Assembly: GCF_964355755.1 (NCBI RefSeq)
Contig: NC_092678.1
Location: 8,758,422 to 8,822,421, forward strand
Direction of reading: 5' to 3'
DNA: 64,000 bases
Origin: Antedon mediterranea
Lineage: Eukaryota > Animalia > Echinodermata
Position numbers and translations under genes: made by a program. Positions within the stretch are counted from its first letter, which is position 1. Each line of letters opens with the position of its first letter. Of this stretch, positions 37,330 to 50,786 are shown one piece after another. The notes under the pieces are model-generated. The model was not told where the DNA came from. It did no database searches and saw nothing but the letters and a program-made list of their open reading frames with translations.

Positions 37330-39657
37330 CTGGCTCCCCAACTATTTAGTTTAAATGGCTATGAATCATATTTTACATCGAGGGAAGACAAATCTGGGGG
37401 TGGGGTTGAATTGTTTAACAAGCTCAATTAAACACAATAATACAAAATTTATCATTTAGAAAGAAAATTTGCTGCGAATGTGTTTCTGTTGAAATTTTTA
37501 AGGATACAACTAAAAGAAAAATAATCTTCAGTTTTATTTACTTAACGATTTATTTAACGATACAATTTCGAACATTTTTCATGAAAAGAGAGATAAACAA
37601 TTATTCATATGTGGTGATTATAATATTGATCTTTTGAAAAATTAAAGTAACAAGTACACAAGTCTTTTTGTAGATAATAATAATTATATTATTTAGTAAT
37701 AGCACCTTCCCTCTTATAACAAAACCAACAAGGGTAACTGAGACTAGTGCTTCGCTTATTGATAACATATTTACGTCAGAGATTGAAATCTCCATGAAAA
37801 GTGGTATTTTGATAAATTATATAAGTGATCATCTACCTGTTTTTTCTCTTGTTTACTATAATGTGGAAACTATACAAGAACCCGATTTTATTTTCAAAAG
37901 AGTATAATTAATGATGAGAATATAAATAATTTTAGATCTGACCTAAGAAATACAAATTGGGAGATATTGGAAAATGTAAATGACCCGGATTTGGCATATA
38001 ATCAATTCATAAATGTTTTTACTAATTTGTAAAATAAAAATTTGCCATTGAAAAAATGAATATATCTAAAAAAGCGAAAATAAACCATGGTTTCTACGGG
38101 ACTTAAAAATGCGTGTAAAAAAAGAACAAATTTTATAAACGGTTTTTCAGATACCAAAGTTTAGCTTCAGCAAATAAATACAAAACATATAAAAACAAAC
38201 TAACTAGCATTCTTACAATTGCAGAAAAAAACATACTACAGTAACATTTTGAAAGAGAAAGAAAAGAACATCAAGGGCACTAGGGAGATATTAAATGATT
38301 TAGCAAAATAAAAATTTGCCATTGAAAAAATGAATATATCTAAAAAAGCGAAAATAAACCATGGTTTCTACGGGACTTAAAAATGCGTGTAAAAAAAAAA
38401 ACAAATTTTATAAACGGTTTCTCAGATACCAAAGTTTAGCTTCAGCAAATAAATACAAAACATATAAAAACAAACTAACTAGCATTCTTACAATTGCAGA
38501 AAAAAACATACTACAGTAACATTTTGAAAGAGAAAGAAAAGAACATCAAGGGCACTAGGGAGATATTAAATGATTTAGCAAAATAAAAATTTGCCATTGA
38601 AAAAATGAATATATCTAAAAAAGCGAAAATAAACCATGGTTTCTACGGGACTTAAAAATGCGTGTAAAAAAAAAACAAATTTTATAAACGGTTTCTCAGA
38701 TACCAAAGTTTAGCTTCAGCAAATAAATACAAAACATATAAAAACAAACTAACTAGCATTCTTACAATTGCAGAAACAAACATACTACAGTAACATTTTG
38801 AAAGAGAAAGAAAAGAACATCAAGGGCACTAGGGAGATATTAAATGATTTAGCAAATCGAAAGAACACCACAAATAATTTACCAAGAGAATTTAAACAGG
38901 GAAATGAAATTCTGTCTCATCCCAATATTATTGCAAATGGTTTTGATAATTTTTCTTTCATATGTTGGACCTAATTAATTTTGCTAAGTAAATTCCACAT
39001 ATTGATGATACAAGCTTTGGATCATAATATGAATGAAAGTATACAACAATCATTATTTTTAGACAATGTTTCATGTGAGGAAGTTTTAAGAGAAATTCTA
39101 AATTTTAAAAGTAAATATTCTTATGGACTTGGTAATATCGATATGAATATGGTAAAAAGAGTAATATTTGAAATTGTAACGCGTATATGTAACCTGTCAT
39201 TAGAATGTATAACATTTCCAAATATTATGCACAAAAGTGCAAAAGTAATACCTGTTTATAAATCTGGTAATAAACAAGATTTTAACAATTATAGGCCAAT
39301 CTCTTTACTTTCCCAATTTTCAAAAATATTAGAAAAGATGTTTAACAATAGATTAATGACATTTATAAACACAATTAACACAATTTATTATATAATGGAC
39401 AATTTGGTTTTCGCCCAAATTATTCTACGACCCATACCTTATTTAAACTTAATGAAGACATTACATCTGCAATAGACAATGCTAATTACTCGGTTGGCTT
39501 TTGACACCATTGACCATGACATCTTACTAAAAAAATAGAATATTACGGAATTCGAGGTGTGGCATCAAAGTGGTTAAAAAATTATTTATCAAATCGGATC
39601 CAAATAGTATCAGTTCATAATGAAATGTCTGATCCTTTACAAATCATATTATGGTGT
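37330..39657 (+). mobile_element. CR1-group LINE, piece 1 (endonuclease to RT YGV)
   Basis: [54 protein letters not shown] and FDTIDH; ends at YGV just before PQG. Confidence 0.88.
38031..38855. repeat. Three near-identical tandem copies of about 275 bp inside the LINE
   Basis: AAAATAAAAATTTGCCATTG starts at 38031, 38305 and 38580. Confidence 0.92.
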
Positions 39658-39910
39658 TGTTGAACCCACAAATGTGAAAACGCTCACAAATGTGAAAACG
39701 TATTACCCACAAATTTGAAAACGACCACAAATGTGAAAACGCATCACTCACAAATGTGAAAACGCATCACCTACAAATGTAATAAACAGCGCCCACAAAT
39801 GTGAAAACAAACATCGCCTACAAATGTAATAACGCCCACAAATGTTTAAAAAAAGAGAGACTTTTTCGCCCACAAATTTAAAAAAAAAAACAAATTTAGT
39901 GCTAGACTCC
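39658..39910. mobile_element. Arm of a TGT-terminated non-autonomous element with CACAAATGTGAAAAC subterminal repeats (Ginger-like; other arm from 43459)
   Basis: TGTTGAACC.ACAAATGTGAAAACG at 39658 and 43459, each abutting a LINE breakpoint; inverted repeat units at ~44060-44210. Confidence 0.6.
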
Positions 39911-41150
39911 AACAATTTTGATCGACTTAATACATTAATTGTTGCTTGTAGGTCCTGTCCAGTATACATTGTAGCCCTCATGTGAGATTGCACCGGTACC
40001 AATCCGTCTCACTTCCTGCATACACGTCACACGATGTCAAGGTTTGCTGCTTTAATTTGAATGAGGATTTTATGTAGTAAGAAGTCATATGAGCAGGTAT
40101 TAACTTTAATCTGGCCTGCTCGCAGCTTCTTGTACTTTCTTGTTTATGTTAGAAAGGTCTATATCCTTATTACTCTTTGTGTGAAATTTTGACTTGCGTC
40201 CACCACGGATACCTCTATAATGGAAAATGTCCAAGTCTTTCAAAACACTTCCAACAGCAGTAGTAATTTTTCCAGCATATTGTCTCAGGTTAAGTAGCTG
40301 TGATTAGCTATAGTTACAGGTCATACATAGTTTACTCGCAGTAATGGTAGATTATAATATCACATATACACCGACTCTAGGCCCTGTAAACAAATCTTCT
40401 ATACTATGCTGTATTAAAGTTCTAAGGGAACAATAGGCTTTACTTCACTGAACACTGCTAAGAATAACTAGATTAAACCTTCTTTATCCAGGTGCAAGTA
40501 CAATTATGTTATTGAAAAGGTATCGGAGACAACTATATAGACCAATTCATTCTCATCATTCTGTATGACACTGTTGTCATCGACAAATTATACATATACA
40601 CGTCTGTTCCCAGTGTACATAATAAAAAAATATATATTTCTGAAAATTTATTATCAATACCACTAGAAACTTAGATTTTTTTTACTTTATAAGTACAAAG
40701 TGCATTGACAATAAAAGCATCAGAAGCGTATTTTAAAATGCACCAGCTAAGATCGTACTCGGAGTGGCTCAGAGAAAGACCAAAATACCATAATCTACAA
40801 TTTACCAAGCATTTTGATATTAATTGTGCTGTATTTTTATCTGCTGTATACATGTTACCATATTAAACCAACAAAACCAAAAAATAAATGTTCCCCTAAA
40901 AACCCTCCTGAACAATAAATTCCTGAGTGACTCCAAGATCACCAATGGTTTGGAACTTAGGCTTATTGAAGTAGTAATTTTAAAACTTAATACTTTTCAA
41001 TAAAAACAAACTAAAATTTCAAAAGATCACTAAATATTTGTTTTTAATAATCTATTTATTCTTCAATTACAGTTTAAGTTAAAAAAATCAAGCTAAGATA
41101 CATAATTCGATAGAAATACAGATCTTTACTGTTTATCAACATAGTTGCAC

Positions 41151-42796
41151 CAAAGATAGTGTAGTAGGAAGATGTTACACTTCCTATTCGTTCAATGCAA
41201 ATAAAAGCGAGACAACATGGAGCTAAATTTAAAGGGCGCCTCGCACGTCGAGTAGGGATACGGAAGGTTATTGTATAGGAAATAGGCTATATAACAGAAG
41301 AATAATATGACTGTAAAATTAAGATTTAATACGAATTAACATATAAAATGTACTGTTATCTTTATAGAAAGTGCAAATGAATCATATTTTTATGTTTTGG
41401 AATACAAATTTGTCTTTCAATTACCTGGAATTGTTCAGGTACCTGGAATATCTACCATATTTTATTTCTTTTATTTTAATGTTTTTATTTGCAAATCAAC
41501 TTAACTTTAAAAAAATTATTATTTACATTTAATTGTTTATCATTGGACAGAGATAGAGAATTTAATACCTAGCTTTAGAAACACTTTTTAATCAGAGTGA
41601 ATAAATATATTAGGAGCCCTAGTGGTAATAATAATAGGCCTACAATGTGTATGCCTATAATTATAATAATCGATACGTATGGTTAAATTTCTAAATGGGT
41701 AATAAAAGAGAATAGGTAGTATGGCATGTGTAGGCCTAATCAATCAATCAATCTTTATTGTAATCAATAATATTATACAAATAGTCGTCTATAAGGGGAA
41801 ACATATACAATGAATACGGTACCAGTAGGCCACAACATTTTAGGACTACGGGTATGTTTTTTTACTTTAAAAAAAACAATTATTGTTAATTATCTATTAA
41901 TTTAAATAATTTAATAATAACTAATAATTATTATATTATGCCTGTAACACTCCGAACTTTCGTGCATTCATCGTAATTTGCCATGATTATGTAATGCCTA
42001 ACATTATCGATAATATTAATTATAAGCCGATGAGTTCATTAATATTGGTAAGGTATATCAAAGAAAAAAATATCCGTGGGGAGGCCTACTTTACCCCCTT
42101 CTTTTATTATACTACCCTTACAAAAAATGTTCTATCGAATCTATATATAGAAGTTTTAGAATTCTATATTAATTAATCTATAGAAACAGATAATTTCTAC
42201 CTACCCCTAGAGTTTTTAGAAATTGCTGTATAGAAAATATTGAAATTGCAGAAGAATTGCTCTCATTTATTCATAAATCATAAATTATTTGCCAACAAAA
42301 ATACTGTATACTGTAAAATTTGCATTATGACTTCAGACTTGACTGGGGTTTACCAAGATGAGTAAGAGTTTTTATGGGTACGGGTTGGTTTGGGTACGGG
42401 TTGGTTTTTGGGTACGAGATGACCAGCATCCATTCATGATTGCGTCTACACAGGCGCGCGTGAGCCTCCTCCTGATCCTAGCTCAGTGTTTACAATCATG
42501 TCATTCCAAAACTCACTCCAAATAAATGTATTAACAATTCAAAAGATCCAAAAATAGTATGAAAACATCATATTAATTTTTAACTTTTTATAATAAAGAA
42601 AAAAAAAAGAAGTTTGATGTTTTTTGTGGCTTATTTTTACAATTTATTGCCGAAAACACCATTTTCGTTGGGATTTGCCATTGCGCTCCTCATCTTTCAG
42701 ATTCGTCTATCCCTACTCGTCGTGAGAGGCGCCCTATCTCGAGCGGTTCTCTAATTTTTGAGCGAAGTGTAACATCTTCCTACTACACTATCTTTG
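41151..42796. mobile_element. P-superfamily non-autonomous element
   Basis: Perfect 33-bp TIR CAAAGATAGTGTAGTAGGAAGATGTTACACTTC, 7-bp TSD GTTGCAC, and a subterminal inverted motif AGGGCGCCTC.CACG.CGAGTAGGGATA. Confidence 0.85.
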
Positions 42797-43280
42797 GTTG
42801 CACTGAACGCATTTTTGGTTGGCTAGCAACCATGCAGCGCCCTCTATCGTTGTGACGTCACACCGTGATACTCTATTTGTTCATATAACCCTTGACCCTG
42901 ACGCTTTGACATTTTTTTAAATTTTTATCAAAATGTGTAACAAATAATTCAAGTGTCTACGGAGATACATACAAGCCCTGGGTTGTGGGGCAAAGGTCAA
43001 AAATGGTATTTCCGGTCATTTTTTACTAAAATGTCCCATTAAACTGAATATAAATGTATACCTTCTGATCCATTTGAGACCACAATTACCTTTCTGTGAC
43101 CAGTGGTTGTCGAGATTTAATGACATGTTGGTGTTTCACCCTGACATTTTGACCTTTCACCACATTTCCAAACTGTATAACCAAGCCAAAATGGATTGTT
43201 TGACCATCCTAAACCAATTTCTGAAGTCAAATTCTCTGGACCTCAAGGTGCATACGAAAGTTGATCTAGCTACTAGAGTA

Positions 43281-43458
43281 AAGTTTATTCATAAAAACCA
43301 TATATGAAGTTTATTTAACTCATTACTGACAATACTGCAAAGTTGTTTCCAATTTTTGCCTGAGCAAATAAAATTTGTATCATCAGCAAATAAGATAAAA
43401 TAAAGCAATGACGACACACGATAAATATCATTTATGTACAGCAAAAATAAGGAAGGCC
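43281..43458 (-). mobile_element. CR1-group LINE, piece 2 (inverted)
   Basis: PSLFLLYINDI...ILFADDTNF...ELNKLHIWF.MNKL, the RT segment missing between pieces 1 and 3. Confidence 0.85.
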
Positions 43459-44699
43459 TGTTGAACCTACAAATGTGAAAACGCCTACAAATGTGAAAAC
43501 AACCACAAATGTAAAACGCATCACCCACAAATGTGAAAACAACCACAAATGTGAAAACGCATCACCCACAAATGTGAAAACCCATCACCCACAAATTTGA
43601 AAACAACCACAAATGTGAAAACGACCATTGCCCACAAATGTAAACAAAATCAAATCAAATTTAGTGCTAGACTCAAACATTATATCATGTGTATTGAGTT
43701 GTTTCAATAATTGTGTGTATTCACGATACGTCTGTTAAGGTCGTCGTTAACGCGTTGGATTATTACCATTTGCTGCTCGTGCGCGCGATATTTGCATGTT
43801 AACTCGTTGGTTAATGTACGTAATAGTTCAAGAGGATATTTGTTATTTGCTGCAGCTGCGCGCGTGCACTTGTACTTGAAGATCAAGGCCATGTTATATC
43901 ACTGTAGTGTGTGGTTGTTGGCTTACTATTATGTACGTATTGTTCCAACTATAACGACGACGACGACCCTAACGGACGTATCGTGAATACACAATTATTG
44001 AAACAACTCAATAAAATGTATATAAATACATTAACATTAACTTGATAAAAATTGGTTGGGCCTAGCACTAACTTTGATTTGGATTTTTTTTTACATTGTG
44101 GGCGAAAAGGTCTCTCTTTTTTTACACATTTGTGGTCGCTGTTTTCACATTTGTGGGTGATGCGAGTTTACATTTGTGGTTGTTTTCACATTTGTGGGTG
44201 TTGCGTTTTCATATATTTATATAGGCTTACATTGTATTGAGTTGCTTCAATACTTGTGTATTCACGATACGTCTGTTAGGGTCGTCGTTAACGCGTTGGA
44301 TTATTACCTTTTGCTGCTCGTGCGCTCTATATTTGCATGTTAACTCGTTGGTTTAATGTACGTAATAGTTCAAGACGATATTGTTATTTGTGCTGCGCGC
44401 GTGCACGATACTTGAAGGTCAAGGCCACATTATATCATTGTTGCTTGTACTTGCGTGTGGTTGTTAACTCGTTGGCTTACTATTATGTATGTATAGTTCC
44501 AAGTAGATTTTCGATGTTTTTGCGCGTGCACACGATACTAGGTCATGTATACCATTGCTACTTGTGGTTGGTTGCTTACTGTGCAACTTCATTGGAGCCT
44601 GCTTCAACAGAAATTCCCAGCAATGTTTTAACTGTATATATGAACTGTTTTATAAGTTGTTTTGTCTGGAACGCCTCCTCTGCCTTCAGTTCACATTTA

Positions 44700-44960
44700 T
44701 CATGCAGTACACACCAATCGTCATGCAGTACACACCAATGACCATGCAGTACACACCAATCGTCATGCAGTATACACCAAACATCATGCAGTGCACACCA
44801 ATCGTCATGCAGCACATACCAAACATCATGCAGTACACACCAATCGTCATGCAGTACACACAAATCGTCATGCAGTACACACCAATCGTCATGCAGTACA
44901 CACCAATGGTGATGCAGTACACACCAATCGTCATTCAGTACACACCAATCGTCATGCAGT
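44700..44960. repeat. 21-bp minisatellite CATGCAGTACACACCAATCGT, about 12 copies
   Basis: Direct tandem repeat without spacers. Confidence 0.95.
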
Positions 44961-45222
44961 CAAATATTGCGTAATTTATACCGCCACCTATCGACAAAAT
45001 AGAATATCACGTGATGTTTATTAGACGGCTGTGACCAGTTGTTGTCGAGATTTAAGGACACACTGGTGTTTGATATTATAACCTAATCTTTTGACCTTTC
45101 GCCACATTTTCAAAATGTGTAACCAAGCCAACAATGATTGTTTGACCATCCTAAACCAATTTCTGAAGTCAAATTCTCTGGACCTCAAAGTGCATACGAA
45201 AGTTGATCTAGCTACTAGAGTA

Positions 45223-46224
45223 TTTTTTTAAACGTTAAAAAAACAAATTATATAATCTTCCATTCCAAAAACGTTACATGTGAAACCAAAGTAACAATAG
45301 ACGAAGTTTAAATTGACCGGGTTTATAGCACTACATTTCTTGGAATAGAAATTGATTGTAAGTTTAATTGGAAAAAACAATATGTTAAACGCATACAAAC
45401 AAAAATTGCTAAAAACATTAGTATAATTTATAGATTAAGAAAACAACTTGAAAGTAGTGTATTATTTATTCTGTATAACTCATTAGTATTACCATACATT
45501 AATTATTGTTGTGAAATATGGGGTAACACTTATAAAAGTACATTACAGCATTTGTTTTTGTTACAAAAAAATGGTTATTAGAATTGTCTATAAAGCTGAC
45601 TATTTTGCTCACACTAAACCTATTTTGTATACATTTAAAACATTAGATATATTTGATGAGATTGAATTAAATACTGCAATAATAATGTACAAAGCCCATA
45701 GACAACAACTTCCTCCTATAATCCAACGGTATTTTAAACAAAATAAAGATATCCATAACTATAATACCAGACAGCATGAACATTTTAATATCAATTTAAG
45801 GAAAACTACGTTAAAACAAATGTGTTTTATCAAATAAAAGAATTTTAATATGGAATAAACTCTCCGTTGAAATAAAGTACTCCACAAATGTTCATGTGTT
45901 CAGAAAAATGTACAAAAAACGTCTATTAGAAAATTATATAATATGATAAAGTAATTATTAAACCCATTCTTATGCATTTGATTTCAGAAAGTAATTCGTA
46001 AACCCATTCTTCTTTTATAAATCAAAAATTAAATTGTTTGCTTAGTATTAATGTAGTATTTTGATGGAAAACTTCTTTGGGCTGATTTACATTTATTAAT
46101 GAATCTGATATTTAAATGGAGTTTTTTATTTTATAATTTTCCCCTTTTCTTTGTTCAAACAATGTTGTCGTTTATTTATCTACTTTATTTACAAAGAAAA
46201 TAAAAGAAGTTGTCATTGTCATTG
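45223..46224 (+). mobile_element. CR1-group LINE, piece 3 (3' end)
   Basis: LNVKKTNYIIF...FLGIEID.KFNWK...LYNSLVLPYINYCCEIWGNTY...IHNYNTRQ; tail AATAAAAGAAGTTGTCATTGTCATTG. Confidence 0.85.
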
Positions 46225-46730
46225 TTAAAACCACAACATAATTTCAACTGTTTTTCAAGGTTGAAAACATGTTGCCATTTTGACCAAAATTGTCAATTGG
46301 ATTTCAAAGTTAAATTAACGTTAAAATAAGATTGATAAACAAACGTAATGATTGGATAAAAACACTACATAATTTCAACCTTTTTCGAACTTTGAAAAAA
46401 TATTGTAATTTTAACCAAACTTGTCAACAAGGTTTCAACGTAAAATTAACGTTGAAATAACATTGATAAACAAACGTAATAGTTGGTTAAAATACTACAT
46501 AACTTAAACCTTTTTTCAACGTTAAAAACGTGTTGTTATCTTAAACAAAAATTTTAACATTATTTCACCGTTAAATTAACATTGGTAAATTAACGTAAAG
46601 GGTTAGTTAGAAAGACAATGTTATTTCAACGTTGAATCAACGTTTATAATACGCTGTTAACATCATTTCAACACATCAACTAAATGTTAACGTTGATTCG
46701 ACGTTAAAATTATGTCCTGTGCCCACTGGA
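46225..46730. mobile_element. Partial MITE-like element with AACGTT-rich internal repeats overlapping the gene B stop
   Basis: Repeats of CATAATTTCAAC...TTTCAACGT..AATTAACGTT and terminus TGTGCCCACTGG; the other end was not found. Confidence 0.55.
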
Positions 46731-47046
46731 TGAGTTTAGACCAATTGCTGGGTGGGTTATTTTTCTCATGTATGTGGACAATTCCCCTCGAATCAACATA
46801 GCCTATTATTTTTTTCGGGTCATCTTTTATTCCAGCTGAAATATGAAATGACGAATCACCTTGGCCATAAAGAGAAAGCTTGACGTTGGTAAAACTGATT
46901 ACTTTATCGGCCTCTAACTTGGTCATGAACGCTTGTAGTAGTCTTCGCAGTCCAGCTTGTTCTTTTGTTTGTTCGGCGCCCTCATTTCCACAAAGTCTCA
47001 GTATGATATTCGCCAGTGTACGTTTGTTTATCTCATCAACTCGAAA
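46687..47046 (-). CDS. Gene B exon 4 (terminal), unknown protein
   Basis: Acceptor ctgttag|TTT, phase 0; FRVDEINKRTLANIILRLCG...LRRLLQAFMTKLEADKVISFTNVKLSLYG...IIGYVDSRGIVHIH...*. Confidence 0.75.
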   Translation of the reverse strand, partial: FRVDEINKRTLANIILRLCGNEGAEQTKEQAGLRRLLQAFMTKLEADKVISFTNVKLSLYGQGDSSFHISAGIKDDPKKIIGYVDSRGIVHIHEKNNPPSNWSKLIQWAQDIILTSNQR

Positions 47047-47867
47047 CTAACAGATTAAAAACAATTATCAATTGATATGAATCAAGTTAACTTTTACAGC
47101 TACATAAAAAAGAAAACCGCAAACTCACGATTGTTTATAATACCCTCTGCTGCATACAGATATGTGCTGACATCTTGTTACACTGATTATAATTACGCTA
47201 CTTTTAATATAGGCCTACACCTTGCATTGGCAGTGATTTAATATATAATAGCTTTTGCTGCCGTCAAGTTCCACAACTATATTTAAGCAAAATTGTATAG
47301 CGCCGCGCAAGATGAGTAATTGTTGCTAAGCTTCTATCATACACTACGCTCCAAGTAATACCATCTACGCCATTATTAGGGCAGAAAAAACACGGATGAA
47401 AATAGGTTATAGCACTTCTTATTTCGTTAAAAATAAATTCTTGTGGTTAACCATTTGCGGTCCGACTTTAGAGTTGGTTAATAAAAAAAGGTAGGGAATT
47501 ATGTAAACAAAGTAAACTAAAAGTTTCTTTCAGATTTGGGCACTTTGTGATTAATTACGTGTGTTTACATTGAGTTGCTTGAATAGACAACTCCGTCTTT
47601 GACAACAACATAGATATTTCCCTGACAACGACATATTCCGGTGTAAATTTGTCCGTATGGCTAGGACATCTGGACGATTTTTTCTTATTCTTACATATTT
47701 ATTTAACTACAATAATACATTTCTATAGGAAACCCAAAACAAAATGCAAGAAATTAGATTGGAAGATTATCGTAACTCGAAGAAACACTCTTTTTCAGTT
47801 GATAGTGGTCTCCGGTAATAAGTACTCCAATTGAAAATTAATAAAATATTTGTCATCAAAAACCTAC

Positions 47868-48140
47868 CATGACCACCGGTACTTGTTTTTCATTCTGGTA
47901 CACCATTATAGTAGACTTGGCACGGTTGCTTTCGAATATAACTTGTTCCTCGTTCAACCCACAAAATACTAGCTTTATGTTAGAAAAACCTTTTTCTTGA
48001 AATGAACTTGTGAACTTTTTCCAATATGTTAACAGATTTTTCCAATCTTTGGCGGACGATAAGTCATCAAAAACACGGTACATCAATTTGTGACTGTCTT
48101 CGTCGGCAAGACACGAACAATTTGAAAGATCTACCTTCAA
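47868..48140 (-). CDS. Gene B exon 3
   Basis: tttttgtag|TTG...ATG|gtagg, 273 bp, phase 0-0, open frame LKVDLSNCSC...GFSNIKLVFCG...VPVVM. Confidence 0.78.
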
Positions 48141-48273
48141 CTACAAAAAGACACAATTAATGTATTTGTAAATATTTTGGAGGAAATCTTAGAAATTATA
48201 AACTTAGCTTATTAACATTCGTGTTATTTCTACCACTGACAATGACAATTATTATTAATGATTATTATTATTA

Positions 48274-50008
48274 CTAGATAATCTAGGTCGTGCCCACAGA
48301 TGGTTCTCGAATACATAATAATTTCAGCGTTAAAAAACTGGCGATTTCAAATGTACGTACCGCAGGACAATAATACATGTCGTTTACAGCCTACAGGAAC
48401 GAATAAATAGACACTGTAATTTATGTACTCAACTAAAATTAGCACCATGGGAATTACTTCCGAAAGAGAAACTTGTCACAAAATGAGACCAATTGTTTAA
48501 GTCAAATTTAAACAAACTTGATTTGTGTTTTGTATGTAACATTAGGGTTGAGGGATGGGGAAGAGGATAGGTGCAAAGAGGAACAATTTTTAAATATTAT
48601 TCTTTATCCATTTAGTAACGAAATATTAATTGAACTTATTCAACCTTATGTTCCTAAGCGGTCTCTGAGATCTAGATCTGAGTCTCTTCTTGCCCATTTA
48701 TTTCATCCTTCCACTAAGTTTTATGGAAATCGTTCATTTTCTTCGGCATCCGTTTTTCTATGGAATGCGTTGCCTATTGAAATCCGTCAGGCTACTTCCA
48801 CCAGTGTCTTCAAATCTCTCCTCAAAACCCACTTTTTAATTTGTAAATTTCTAAATTGTTCTGTCTTTGTAAAGCGCATTGAGGCTTTCAGCATAATGCG
48901 CTATATCAAGTACCAGTTATTATTATTATTATTATTATTATTGTTTTCATGTTTTACAAATAATATACCACTAAACACAGTAAAACATTGCGATGTAATA
49001 CTTTGTTGAAACTATCACCGTCCTAGTCGATTGAAATAGTAGAGTAGCCCCTACATGTAACGATACATCACTACGACGTGTATATGTTTATATAATGTAA
49101 AACAATTTGTGAAAACCACCTCTATTCGGGGAAAATCATAAATTCGATTTAATCGTCAATAAATATTAAATTATCTAACTCAACTTAATTAGTAGGCCTA
49201 ATGGTTTTCAATTGTTTCCTAGAGCCAATTCATACTTAAGTTGGTTCCTACCCTACCCACCAAAGTTGTTCTGCGTTTAGGGCATGTGATGTACCGTAGG
49301 CCTATCCTCTACTGGTTTTACAACGCTACTCATGCCAGTGAGGGAAGGGTGGTTTAACTGCAATAATAAAGATGTGTACATAATATACGGCGAGTGAAAA
49401 CGCTAGCTCTTTATCCGTTTAAAAAAAATTTATATCCAACCTCTGCAGCACAGATTGAAAAAAAAATGGATCGAATTTCTGTTATGAGTATACAGTACTT
49501 GCCTTTACGACGCCTGAGGGAATAGACACTTGTGGAACAGAGATTGGAATGTTCCATTCATCGCAAATCAATACATTTGTATAAACGTATATTAAATCTA
49601 TCAAAATAGTATTTTTTAAAGAAAATCGGCCTGTCTTCAACATTATGATGCTGTACTTGAGCTGTTCAACCGGTTTTCAGCCATTAAAAACAATTATCGT
49701 AGGAGGAGATAGGAAAATGCGAAGCATCCTCGTATTATCGTCTGCGGGTATTTTTCAAGACGGACATCCATTAGACAGTGTATACCACGATCGAAAAACA
49801 CCCCTATTTGGGGCAAATCGTTGAACCTAAATTCGTTTTAATCGTCAATAACTAATTATCGAACTCAATTTAATTAGTAAACAGGGTTACATCAGGCGGT
49901 TAAAATCAGTACCGAAAGTACGAACCAACTTTATATACCATCGAGTAAACGTTCTAGAAATAACGCGCGATTTACCGAATTTTGCCCTTACGTAAATTTA
50001 TATATAGA
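48274..50008 (-). mobile_element. Non-autonomous Helitron, copy 4 (in gene B intron 2)
   Basis: Collinear with copy 1 minus the Chapaev insert, and includes the L2 fragment. The terminal hairpin is reduced to CTAGATAATCTAG; the start is TCTATATATAAATTTACG. Confidence 0.87.
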
Positions 50009-50159
50009 TTACATTTCATAGTATATGTTTGCCATTGTAAACATCATTAAGTAACTTGCTACTAAATGGAATAACAACAGTAATTATTCAACTGTAAATA
50101 TAATATTTGAATAAAGTAGTCTAAAATTAAAACAATATTTTTTGGGAAGCGTTTAATTA

Positions 50160-50465
50160 AGAAAACGCATTGTATATTGAAAGATTCAAGCCATCCCATG
50201 CATAATGTATTTGAGATGTTACGTAGCGGTAGACGATACCGGTCCATCACTTCTAGTACCAATAGGTTTCGCAACAGCTTCTATCCAGCTGCCATTCGGG
50301 CACTGAATGCTAGTTAAGATTCCATACGAGAGTGATTGTAAATTGTGTTTTTTTTTGTTTTTTATATCTGTATTTTGTGTCTCAGAGCAAACACAGTTTC
50401 TATGTATATATTTTGTTTTACTGTATATGCAAATGACAATAAAAAGAAATGAAAAATGAAATACC
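50160..50465 (+). mobile_element. Rex1/Babar-like LINE 3' fragment
   Basis: ILKDSSHPMHNVFEMLRSGRRYRSITSSTNRFRNSFYPAAIRALN*, followed by AATAAA and (GAAAT)n. Confidence 0.8.
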
Positions 50466-50537
50466 AATTAAATTAAAATACCAAAGCAAACATAATAAAT
50501 AATAAACAAAAACTAATAAAATATCGTATTTAATTAC

Positions 50538-50786
50538 CTTAATATTTATTCCTCTGCTTGATATTTTTAACTTTGACGTGTAGTTAGCAACAGTCGCTTC
50601 ACAAAACGTATTATTCCATCGTATTTTTCCACCACAAGCCTCTTCATTTTTCGTTCGAAGGAAATGTGCACACTTGTCTGCAAACTGACGTTGTGCTTCA
50701 ATTGTCGTTCGATCCTGAATTTGTTGAAATAGATTATCTTCAACAGACTGAAGTTGCCTGATACAGAAATCAAGCTCTTTGGATTT
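50538..50786 (-). CDS. Gene B exon 2
   Basis: ttttaaatag|AAA...AAG|gtaatt, 249 bp, phase 0-0, open frame KSKELDFCIRQLQSVEDNLFQQIQ...KIRWNNTFCEATV...SRGINIK. This is a different frame from the listed ORF. Confidence 0.75.

Noticed and set aside
44555-45024. Repetitive ORFs (MQYTPIV)n and (HAVHTNR)n
   Set aside because: These are stop-free frames of a 21-bp minisatellite with no splice or promoter context.
50567-50773. Listed 68-aa minus-strand ORF
   Set aside because: Wrong frame; the splice-bounded open frame is 50786-50538.
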